Part shown: piece by piece, positions 1 through 9,100 of the stretch
Position numbering within the stretch: position 1 is the stretch's first letter
How the letters are laid out: every line of letters starts with the position of its first letter
Assembly: GCA_036636255.1 (NCBI GenBank)
Contig: JAVWOV010000002.1
Span: 1 to 28,805, forward strand
Reading direction: 5' to 3'
Source of the DNA: Bacilli bacterium
GTDB taxonomy: Bacteria; Bacillota_I; Bacilli_A; RF39; UBA660
DNA: 28,805 bases
Program-made: the position numbers and the translations under genes
Notes under the pieces: generated by a model
Seen by the model: the letters and a program-made list of their open reading frames with translations, nothing else
Database searches by the model: none
Told to the model about the DNA's origin: nothing

Positions 1-372
1 TTATTAATCAAATTATCTTTTTAGAAAATCAAATTGATGAAGTTAGTAAAGAAATTAAAGAATTATATAATAAATTAGATAGTCATCTTTTATCAGCTCT
101 CGGTGTTGGTGTTAATCTTGCCCAATCATTTTAGCAGAAATTGGGATATTAATAACTTTGATAAACCAAGTAAACTGATTGCTTTTGCTGGTACTGATCC
201 AACTGAGTCCCAATCTGGTAACAAGTTATCTGCCAATGATAAAACATTCAAACGAGGTTCACCATATCTTCGTCATGCCATCTATAAAGTAAGTTTAGTT
301 GCTATATCTAATGAACCAGAGTTAAGAACTTATCATTTTGTGAATACTTTTGTGTCTATATATCTATCCTAA
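1..372 (+). mobile_element. IS110-family transposase remnant (C-terminal part; frameshifted, truncated pseudogene)
   Basis: Stitching frame 3 (3..122, INQIIFLENQIDEVSKEIKELYNKLDSHLLSALGVGVNLA), frame 2 (125..142, IILAEI) and frame 1 (145 onward, DINNFDKPSKLIAFAGTDPTESQSGNKLSANDKTFKRGSPYLRHAIY) gives the IS110 'LAEIGDI.NF..PSKL.AFAG.DP...QSG...KRGSPYLR' signature. This needs two single-base deletions near 123 and 143. Similarity is lost after about 335. Confidence 0.85.
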
Positions 373-592
373 CACCAAATTTATTAGATAATCATTATGC
401 CATTATTTGTTTTAATTCTTGGTTAGCTCATAGTAGTCATGCTAATTGTTATAATTTACAAAGAAAAATGATTAGTGACATGGATTTATATCATCATATT
501 TAATTTTTATATTAATTATTTAAAAAAATTTTACTTTGTTTTTACAAAAATTAATTTTTTTAAATAAATTTGATGCTTTTTACTAATACATA

Positions 593-601
593 TGTTATAA
601 T
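593..601 (+). promoter_or_regulatory. Extended -10 sigma-A promoter element upstream of argS
   Basis: TG-T-TATAAT at 593..601; no well-spaced -35. Confidence 0.55.
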
Positions 602-761
602 TACCAAGTAAAGAGCAATTTTAATTAATATTAGAATTATTTCTTGCCCAAATAATAATTATATAATAAAATTTGCTTTTGATGTTAATAATAAGCCATT
701 TAGTACATATTATTTAAAGAATTTAAGAAACATTTTAATTATCAGAAAATGAGGTGATTTT

Positions 762-2363
762 ATGAAAGATTTACTTAAAGAAATTATTGTTAAAGCATTG
801 CTTACAATGACTATTGTTAAGAAGCCAGAAGATATTATAATAGAGGTTCCTAAGTGTCGGGATAACGGTGATTATTCCTCTAATATTTGCATGCAATTAG
901 CAGCTGAATGCAAGATGAATCCCCGTGATATTGCCTATAAATTAATTGAATTTATTACTGATGATCACGTTGCTAAAGTTTGCGTTAAGGGACCCGGTTT
1001 TTTAAATTTTTATTTAAACAAACAATTTTTACTAAAAAATCTTCATAACATTTTAATTAGTGGTGATAATTATGGACGTAATTCGCTTGGCTTAGGACAA
1101 AAGGTTAATCTAGAATATGTTAGCGGTAACCCAACAGGAACACTTCATATAGGTCATGCTAGGGGCGCTAGTTATGGTGATTCTCTAGCTAACATTTTAA
1201 AATTTTGTGGCTACGACGTAACAAGAGAATATTATATTAACGATTCCGGCAATCAGATTGATAATTTAGAAAAGTCAATTAAAATTCGTTATTTAAATAT
1301 TTGTGGAGATCGGTTAACAATGCCTAATGATGGTTATCATGGTAAAGAAATTATTAAAGTTGCCTCAGATATTTTTACTAAGTATGGTTACGATGCTTCA
1401 GATGATGTTTTTAAAAAATGGGGCTTAAAATATTTACTAGATGAAATTAAAAATGATTTAAATAATTATGGCGTTTCATATGATGTTTGGACAAGTGAAA
1501 AGGATTTATACCAAAATGGTTTAGTTGATCAAACCCTAAATTTATTAATTGAAAATAAATATACATATAAAAAAGATTCAGCATTATTTTTAAAAACAAG
1601 TGATTTTGGTGATTCTAAGGATAGGGTTTTGGTTAAAAGTGATGGTAATAATACCTATTTATTACCAGATATTGCCTATCATAGAGATAAATATAATCGC
1701 GGCTTTGATCGCTTAGTAGACGTTTTTGGCGCTGATCACCACGGCTATATTGCCAGATTAAAGGCATCGATGACAATGCTTAACCTTGATGCTAATAAAT
1801 TGGATGTTAAAATATTACAAATGGTACGCCTGCTTCAAGATGGTGAAGAAATTAAACTTAGTAAGCGAACAGGTAAGACTTTAACGATGAATGATTTAGT
1901 TACAGAAGTAGGACTTGATGCAACACGTTATTTTTTTGCAATGCGTAGTTTGGACTCACAGATGGATTTTGATCTCTCATTAGCAACAAAAAAATCTAAT
2001 GAAAATCCATTCTATTATGTCGGTTATGCCCATGCTAGAATTAATTCGATTATAGGTGATAAAAGTATTGTTTTAAAAGATGATTATGTTACTTTAGAAG
2101 GAGAAAAAATTTTAAATATTATGTTTAAGCTATATCAGTTTGAGGATGTTGTTAAGCTCAGTGCTAATAACATGGCCCCACATATTGTGACTAATTATGT
2201 TTATGAACTTGCTACTTTATTTCATAGTTTCTATGCAAAGGAAAAAGTTCTTACCGATGATTTACTAGCAACAAAGGAACGCATTAATTTAATTAAAGCA
2301 GTAGGAATTGTTATAAAAAATTCATTAAGATTAATTGGTGTTAAAGCACCTAATAAAATGTAG
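762..2363 (+). CDS. argS: Arginine--tRNA ligase
   Basis: EYVSGNPTGTLHIGH (HIGH motif), REYYINDSGNQI, DVFGADHHGY, KLSKR (KMSKS-like), NPFYYVGYAHARI; GAGGTG RBS at about 751. Confidence 0.97.
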   Translation: MKDLLKEIIVKALLTMTIVKKPEDIIIEVPKCRDNGDYSSNICMQLAAECKMNPRDIAYKLIEFITDDHVAKVCVKGPGFLNFYLNKQFLLKNLHNILISGDNYGRNSLGLGQKVNLEYVSGNPTGTLHIGHARGASYGDSLANILKFCGYDVTREYYINDSGNQIDNLEKSIKIRYLNICGDRLTMPNDGYHGKEIIKVASDIFTKYGYDASDDVFKKWGLKYLLDEIKNDLNNYGVSYDVWTSEKDLYQNGLVDQTLNLLIENKYTYKKDSALFLKTSDFGDSKDRVLVKSDGNNTYLLPDIAYHRDKYNRGFDRLVDVFGADHHGYIARLKASMTMLNLDANKLDVKILQMVRLLQDGEEIKLSKRTGKTLTMNDLVTEVGLDATRYFFAMRSLDSQMDFDLSLATKKSNENPFYYVGYAHARINSIIGDKSIVLKDDYVTLEGEKILNIMFKLYQFEDVVKLSANNMAPHIVTNYVYELATLFHSFYAKEKVLTDDLLATKERINLIKAVGIVIKNSLRLIGVKAPNKM

Positions 2364-2374
2364 GAGGAGATTTA

Positions 2375-2809
2375 ATGGAACTTAAAAAAATGTCGAAAGA
2401 GGAAATTGAATTGATGTCTTATACCGATATAACTTATCAACTTTTTAAAGAGAATAAGAAACCTATGAATACGGCAAAAATTTTCAAAAAAATTTGTAAA
2501 TTACTCGGTTATGATGAAGATGCTTATCAAACTAAGATAGGAGATTATTATACTTCTTTAACCCTTGATAAGCGCTTTATTTTGCTCCCTAATGGTAATT
2601 GGGATGTTCGTGATCATCATGCCATTTCATTATTGGTTGATGACGATGATGATGATGAATTAGAGGAAACAGTTTCAGAAGAAACAGATGAAGAAGTTGA
2701 TGACGACGAAGATAAAATTATCGATGACGATGACGACATCGAGGATGATGATTTAGCCGAACTCGCTATTATTAAAGATGAGGAAATTGATGGGGAAATG
2801 AATAGGTAG
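2375..2809 (+). CDS. rpoE: DNA-directed RNA polymerase delta subunit
   Basis: N-terminal domain with YYTSLTLDKRFILLPNGNWDVR followed by a long D/E-rich tail; AGGAGGA RBS; next to argS as in Bacilli. Confidence 0.93.
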   Translation: MELKKMSKEEIELMSYTDITYQLFKENKKPMNTAKIFKKICKLLGYDEDAYQTKIGDYYTSLTLDKRFILLPNGNWDVRDHHAISLLVDDDDDDELEETVSEETDEEVDDDEDKIIDDDDDIEDDDLAELAIIKDEEIDGEMNR

Positions 2810-2842
2810 ATTACCTATTTTCTTTTAAAGGAGGAAAAAATC

Positions 2843-3898
2843 ATGTTAGAGCGACTTAAAAATATAGAAAAAAGATATTTAGAAATTGAAAGTTTAATGG
2901 CTTCTTTTGAGGTAGTTAATGATATAAAACAGACAATGATTTTGTCTAAGGAAAGATCTTTATTAAAGGATGCTTATGACATATATCAAGAGTATAAACA
3001 AATGCTTGCTGATAGAAAAGCTGCTAAAGAAATGAGCCATGACGCTTTATTTTTAGAATTTTCACGAGAAGAGTTGGCTAAGCTTGATATTTTAAAGCAA
3101 GATTTAGAAGCTAAAATTGCTATTATTTTATTACCTAAAGATCCTAATGATGATAAGAACGTTTTGGTAGAAATTAGAGGTGCAGCCGGAGGTGATGAGG
3201 CTAATATTTTTGCAGGCGATTTATTTAGAATGTACGCTAAGTATGCAGAAAAGGAAGGATACCAAGTTGAAGTTTTAAATGCTTTAGAATCAGATGCTGG
3301 GGGATTTTCACAGATTAGTTTTATGATTAAAGGTGATAATGTTTACGGTAAGTTAAAATATGAAAGTGGAGCACACCGAGTACAAAGGGTTCCAGCAACG
3401 GAGACGCAAGGTCGGGTTCATACATCAACAGCGACAGTTTTAGTTATGCCAGAAGTTTTAGACAGTGAGGCCGAAGAAATTAATCCAAATGATATAAGAA
3501 TTGATGTTTATCGTAGTAGTGGTAAAGGTGGACAAGGGGTTAATACAACAGATAGTGCCGTTAGAATTACCCATATGAAAACAGGAATTGTGGTTACTTG
3601 TCAAAATGAGCGTAGTCAAATTCAAAACAAGGAACATTGTATGAAAATTCTTAAAACTAAATTATATGAAGAAAAGCTTAGAAAGCAAGAAGAAAAATTA
3701 GGAGCAGCCAGAAGAAATAAGCTTGGTACTGGTGATCGCTCAGAAAAGATAAGGACTTATAATTATCCTCAAAACAGGGTTACTGATCATCAAATTAGTT
3801 TTACTTTAAAACAATTAGACCGCGTTATGGAAGGAATGCTTGATCCCATTATTGAAGCTTTAATTACAGAAGATCAAGCAAGAAAGTTAAAATGTTGA
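2843..3898 (+). CDS. prfA: Peptide chain release factor 1
   Basis: GGQ motif (SSGKGGQGVNTTDSAVRITH), RF1 PxT motif (RVPATE), RSEKIRTYNYPQNRVTDH; AGGAGG RBS. Confidence 0.98.
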   Translation: MLERLKNIEKRYLEIESLMASFEVVNDIKQTMILSKERSLLKDAYDIYQEYKQMLADRKAAKEMSHDALFLEFSREELAKLDILKQDLEAKIAIILLPKDPNDDKNVLVEIRGAAGGDEANIFAGDLFRMYAKYAEKEGYQVEVLNALESDAGGFSQISFMIKGDNVYGKLKYESGAHRVQRVPATETQGRVHTSTATVLVMPEVLDSEAEEINPNDIRIDVYRSSGKGGQGVNTTDSAVRITHMKTGIVVTCQNERSQIQNKEHCMKILKTKLYEEKLRKQEEKLGAARRNKLGTGDRSEKIRTYNYPQNRVTDHQISFTLKQLDRVMEGMLDPIIEALITEDQARKLKC

Positions 3899-4677
3899 CG
3901 GCTGACTTTTTAGCATATGGAATGAAAAAATTAGCTGATAATAAAAAAGATGAAAACTTAGCTAAATATTTATACAAATATGTTGATAATAAAGAAAAAT
4001 TTATTAAAGGTATAGACCAAATAATTGCCGGTATACCTGTTCAGTATATTGTTGGTAATGTTAATTTTTATGGTTTTATTTTTAATGTTAATGCTAGTGT
4101 TTTGATTCCTCGTTTTGAAACAGAGGAGCTTGTTAATAAAACATTTGATTATATTGAAAAAAATTTTGCTAAAGATTTGGATATTGTCGATGTAGGAACA
4201 GGAACAGGCTGTATTGCGGTTACGCTTAAAAAGTTATTACCATATTGCCATATGAGTGCTGTTGATATTTCTTTAAAAGCACTTGATGTTGCTTGTGATA
4301 ATGCTAAATTAAATAGTTGCGATATTGATTTTCATTTAGGTGATTTACTGAGTCCTTTAACTAAAAAGTACGATGTTATTATTAGCAATCCGCCTTATAT
4401 TGATCATAATGATTATGATGTAATGGATATTGTTAAAAATAATGAACCTAAAATCGCTCTTTATGCCGGTAATGAGGGATTAGAAAATTATGAAAATATT
4501 TTAAAAAATGCCAATAAATATTTAAAGACTAAAAGCATGATTGCATTAGAAATAGGCGCCGATCAAGGGAAAAAAGTTGCTAATTTAGCCAAAACCTATT
4601 TTCCTAACTCCCATATTATAGTTAAACAGGACATGCAGGATCGGGATCGATTTATATTTGTTTTTAATAATTTCTAA
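3892..4677 (+). CDS. prmC: Release factor glutamine N5-methyltransferase
   Basis: PVQYIVG, VLIPRFETEELV, DVGTGTGCIA (SAM motif I), ISNPPYI; ATG overlaps the 3' end of prfA by 7 bp. Confidence 0.96.
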   Translation: MLTADFLAYGMKKLADNKKDENLAKYLYKYVDNKEKFIKGIDQIIAGIPVQYIVGNVNFYGFIFNVNASVLIPRFETEELVNKTFDYIEKNFAKDLDIVDVGTGTGCIAVTLKKLLPYCHMSAVDISLKALDVACDNAKLNSCDIDFHLGDLLSPLTKKYDVIISNPPYIDHNDYDVMDIVKNNEPKIALYAGNEGLENYENILKNANKYLKTKSMIALEIGADQGKKVANLAKTYFPNSHIIVKQDMQDRDRFIFVFNNF

Positions 4678-4743
4678 ATTTAACTATTTAGTTATTTTTT
4701 TAATCATATATTTAAAGTTTTTAACTGTTAGCAAGTTAATAAT

Positions 4744-4772
4744 TTCAAATATTGCTTAAATTATGCTATACT
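4744..4772 (+). promoter_or_regulatory. Putative sigma-A promoter for the orphan-polC unit
   Basis: TTCAAA-17 nt-TATACT with TG at the extended -10 position. Confidence 0.5.
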
Positions 4773-4790
4773 ATTATAAGTGGTGATAAT

Positions 4791-6125
4791 ATGGAAAATA
4801 AAAAAAGGCGCACATTAACAAATTTTAACATTAATAATAAAGGATCCGATTTTAAAGGTCGTCTTAAGTGGTTTTTAGATTTTGACCGAATTGTATTAGT
4901 TAAAAAAAAATCCAAGGCAGTTCCAATTTTTAGTTCCAGAATAGAAGAAATTAATTTTACTAATCAAGGTATTGACAACATGAATTTTTTTAAAAAAAGT
5001 GTCGTTGTTAAAGAAAATGACGTTGATATTGTAACTGCTAAGCCAGTTAAAATAGTTAAGAAATCATCTTTGACAAAGGTTCATGATGATATTAAACATA
5101 AAATAACTACTTTAGATATGGAAATAGCTATTAAAAATAAAATTGATAATTTCATTTTAAAAAACAAAAAGAAACTTAGCCTACTTAAGGAACAACTTGA
5201 TAATATTAATGATGGTATTTCTAATATTTTTTTAAAAGACGAAATTGACTTAAAGAAGCAAAAAATCAAAGATATTAAGAAGAAAGCTAATGTTTTACGT
5301 TTGGAATGCTTACTAGTTTATAATAATAGTGATTTTAAAAATTTTGATATTTTAAACGATGAGAAGTTAGATAAAATGATTACGCATTTTACATCTGATG
5401 TTGCTCAAGATGAAATTACTGTTTTAGCTAGTAGTTGTCGTGACGATATTGATTATGTGGATAATTTACTAGTTACGCTTGACAAAACAGCTCAGATTAA
5501 TTTTTTGATTGCATTACAGGATAATGATATTACTTCACGCGATGATGATTTTAAAAAGTATAAAGGTGAAGTTGCTACAGTTAGTAACAAGAATAATGAA
5601 ATTATCAATATATTAAGTAAAGAAAATAAAAAGATGGCTGATATTATGGAACAGTTAAATACTTTTGAAAATCACAAAGATAATTTGTCACTGATTGATT
5701 TAAAGCAAATAAGTAATAATTATATTAAATATCTTTTTAGTGTAAGTCACTTTCAAGCTTTACTTCATTTATTAACATTAAATATTTTTGGTGATAAGCA
5801 AAATGAACTACAAAACGAAATTTTCAAACGTCGTCGGTTGATTAATAAAACTTATGATAATTATGCTGATATGCTCGGTGATGGAATTAATCAGTTGAAA
5901 TATTTATCAACTAATATTAAGCATTGTTTATATGACCTTAGAAGTCTTTGTAATACTTTTGATAATAAATTTTATAAGTATAAGCATTTAATTCCCGAAT
6001 ATGACATTATTTACAATAAACTTGATCAATTAAAAGGTATTCTTAATAAAAAAAGCGAAGAAATCATTAATGTTAATGAGGTGTTAATTTATAAAAAACA
6101 AAAAGCAATCGCTAAAAAGATATGA
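4791..6125 (+). CDS. Hypothetical, largely alpha-helical/coiled-coil protein (444 aa)
   Basis: Long open frame; ATG 4791 follows a GGTGA RBS (preferred over TTG 4752); K/N/D/I-rich with heptad-like stretches; no recognisable motif. Confidence 0.75.
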   Translation: MENKKRRTLTNFNINNKGSDFKGRLKWFLDFDRIVLVKKKSKAVPIFSSRIEEINFTNQGIDNMNFFKKSVVVKENDVDIVTAKPVKIVKKSSLTKVHDDIKHKITTLDMEIAIKNKIDNFILKNKKKLSLLKEQLDNINDGISNIFLKDEIDLKKQKIKDIKKKANVLRLECLLVYNNSDFKNFDILNDEKLDKMITHFTSDVAQDEITVLASSCRDDIDYVDNLLVTLDKTAQINFLIALQDNDITSRDDDFKKYKGEVATVSNKNNEIINILSKENKKMADIMEQLNTFENHKDNLSLIDLKQISNNYIKYLFSVSHFQALLHLLTLNIFGDKQNELQNEIFKRRRLINKTYDNYADMLGDGINQLKYLSTNIKHCLYDLRSLCNTFDNKFYKYKHLIPEYDIIYNKLDQLKGILNKKSEEIINVNEVLIYKKQKAIAKKI

Positions 6126-6144
6126 TATTTAGGGGGAAGATTAG

Positions 6145-9100
6145 ATGGAAGTTAATTTAAAAAAGTTATTGATTAAAAGCGGATTGGAGGAGTTTTATCC
6201 TTTTTTTGAAAATGGTAAATTACTTAAGATTGTTGGTAATAAGGAGAAAACAGAATATGTTTTTAAGATTCAAGTGGAAAAAATTTTACCAATTGACGTT
6301 TATGATAAGGTATCAAAGAATATAAAACGTGTTTTTGCTTGTTCACAAAATATTATTGTTGATTTAAAAGTTAGTCATATTGAATGTTTATTAGTTAAGC
6401 AATATTTTGATTATTGCATTAAAAAATATATGGTGGATAATCCATTATTAGAGCTTTTTCTTGCAAATGAGGTAATGATTTCTGATAATGTTATAAAAAT
6501 AAGTATTAATAATAAGGCTGAGGAACGTAAACTTAGTAGTGTTAAGAATAATTTGCTTGAAGATTTTAAGCATTTTGGTTTTGGAGATTTATGTTTAACA
6601 TTCATTACTGTTCATAAGGAAAGTGAAAAGATTCGTGAGCAGATTAAGAAGGATATGAATTTGTATAGTAATACGGTAGTTGAGGCACCCAAGGTATCTA
6701 AGAGTTTTAAGCGACAAACTAGTAAGGATGCTATTTTAGGTCGAGTTATTAATACTGATAGTATGCGAATCGAAAATATTTTAGGCCCACTTACTAGTGC
6801 AACGATTGAAGCATGTATTTTTGATATGGATATTAAAGAGACTAAGAGCAATTTGAAAATTATGACCCTAAAGGTTACGGATTATACAGATAGTATTTAT
6901 TGTAAGTTATTTATTAATGATGATGAACAGTTTAAAGTTTTAAATGATTGTCTGAAGGTCGGTAAGTGGTTTAAAATTAGAGGTAATGTTAAGGATGACA
7001 GTTATTCTAATGAGTTAGTTATTAGTGTTTATGATATTAATAATTTAAAACATTTAGAAACAGTTGTTACCGATGATGCTCCATTAAAACGAGTTGAGTT
7101 ACATACCCATACTAAAATGAGTCAAATGGATGGAGTAGTTGATTGTCATGATTTACTTAAGCAGGCTTTAAAATGGGGTCATAAGGCAATCGCAATTACT
7201 GATCATAATTGTTTACAATCATTTCCAGATGTTTATAATTTTGTTAAGTGTCATAATAAGTCTTTAAAGGAAAACGAGCAACCTTTTAAGGCTATTTATG
7301 GAGTGGAATTATTGATGGTTGATGATGATATAGACATTGTCGTTAGGCCTGATGATAGTAGTTTACTAGATACTACATATGTTGTTTTTGATTTTGAAAC
7401 CACTGGTTTAAATGCCGGAGGTCAAGATTCAATTATTGAAGTTGGAGCGGTTAAGATAAAAAATGGAGAAATTATTGATCGCTTTTCCCAATTAATAGAT
7501 CCATTACGAAAATTACCAGCAATAATTACTGAAATTACTAATATAACGGATGAGATGTTAAAAGGAAAGGAATCAGAAGAAAAGGTTATTGGTGATTTTA
7601 TTAATTGGTTTGGTGATTTACCATTGGTCGCTCATAATGCTAAATTTGATATTTCTTTTTTAAAAAAGGCCTATAGAAAGTATGATTTAGGTATTTTTTC
7701 TAATATGGTTATTGATACTTTAGAACTTTCTAGAACTTTGGATAATAATTATAGTCGTCATGGTTTATCAGCTATTGTTAAACGCTATAATGTAGTTTTT
7801 GATGAATCTGGTCATCATCGTGCTGATTATGATGCTGAAACAACGGCACTGGTATTTCATAAAATGTTGTTAAAATTAGATGGTCGTAATTTTGCAACTA
7901 TTAGGGATATTGATAAGTTGGTGACAAAGGAAGACATTTATAAATATGGTCGAACATTTCATATAAATATTTTGGCTAAAAATAAAGTAGGTTTAAAAAA
8001 TTTATTTAAGATTGTTAGTTTTGCTAATACTAAATATTTATACAAGACACCACGCATTTTAAAAAGTGAACTTTCAAAATTAAGAGAAGGTTTACTTTTT
8101 GGCAGTGGTTGCTATGAAAGCGAGGTTTTTATTCAGTGTCGATCTAAAAGTGATGCTGAACTTTCAAGCATTATTGATTTTTATGATTATGTGGAAGTTC
8201 AACCACTTGATTGTTATGACCATTTATTACAAAGTGGTGATTTTGAAAATAAGTCATTATTGCTTGAGCATGTTAAAAAAATTATTCGCAACACGGTTAA
8301 TGTTGGAAAGATTATTGTAGCATCTGGTGATGTTCACCATCTAACTACCAATGATCGAATTTATCGTGAAATTTTAGTTAATCAGAAAGTTCCAGGTGGT
8401 GGCCGTCATCCTTTAGCTAGGGGTAATATTAAAAAAATACCTAGCTATCATTTTAGAACAACGGAAGAAATGCTTACAGATTTTGCTTTTTTAGGTGAGG
8501 ATTTAGCGTATGAAATAGTTGTTTCGAATGCTAATAAAGTAGCGGATATGATTGATATTTTGGAAGTAATTATTGAAACTGGTGGTGTTCCTTTTTCACC
8601 AAAAATCGAAAATTCCGCAGCTATTGTTACGGATATGGTTTATAAGAAGGCTTATGAAATTTATGGTAATCCATTACCTGATTTGATTCAAAAAAGGGTT
8701 ACTAGTGAATTAAACGGTATTATTAATGGTGGCTTTGATGTTGTTTATTTGCTTTCACAGCGTCTAGTTAAAAAAAGTAATGAAGATGGATATTTGGTTG
8801 GTAGTCGAGGTTCAGTAGGTTCATCTTTTGTGGCAACAATGATGGGAATTACGGAGGTTAATCCATTACCGGCGCATTATGTTTGTCCTAAGTGTCAACA
8901 TACGATATTTGAACTTGATGGTAAGATTCTTGGCAAGAAATATGCTAGTGGTTATGATTTACCTAATTTAGCTTGTCCTTGTTGTGATACATTACTGAAT
9001 AAAGAAGGACAAGATATGCCTTTCGCGACTTTTCTTGGCTTTAATGCTGATAAGGTACCAGATATTGATTTAAATTTTTCGGGGGATTATCAGTGGAAAG

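Noticed and set aside
103-372. 89-aa ORF as a genuine gene
   Set aside because: It is the last frame of the broken IS110 transposase; its N-terminus is out-of-frame sequence.
2639-2750. GAT/GAC trinucleotide runs as a repeat array
   Set aside because: They simply encode the acidic RpoE tail; no spacers or regular period.
4902-4910. A9 run here (and A9 at 25734, T10 near 10562) as phase-variation switches
   Set aside because: Such homopolymers are expected at this AT content and the frames are intact.
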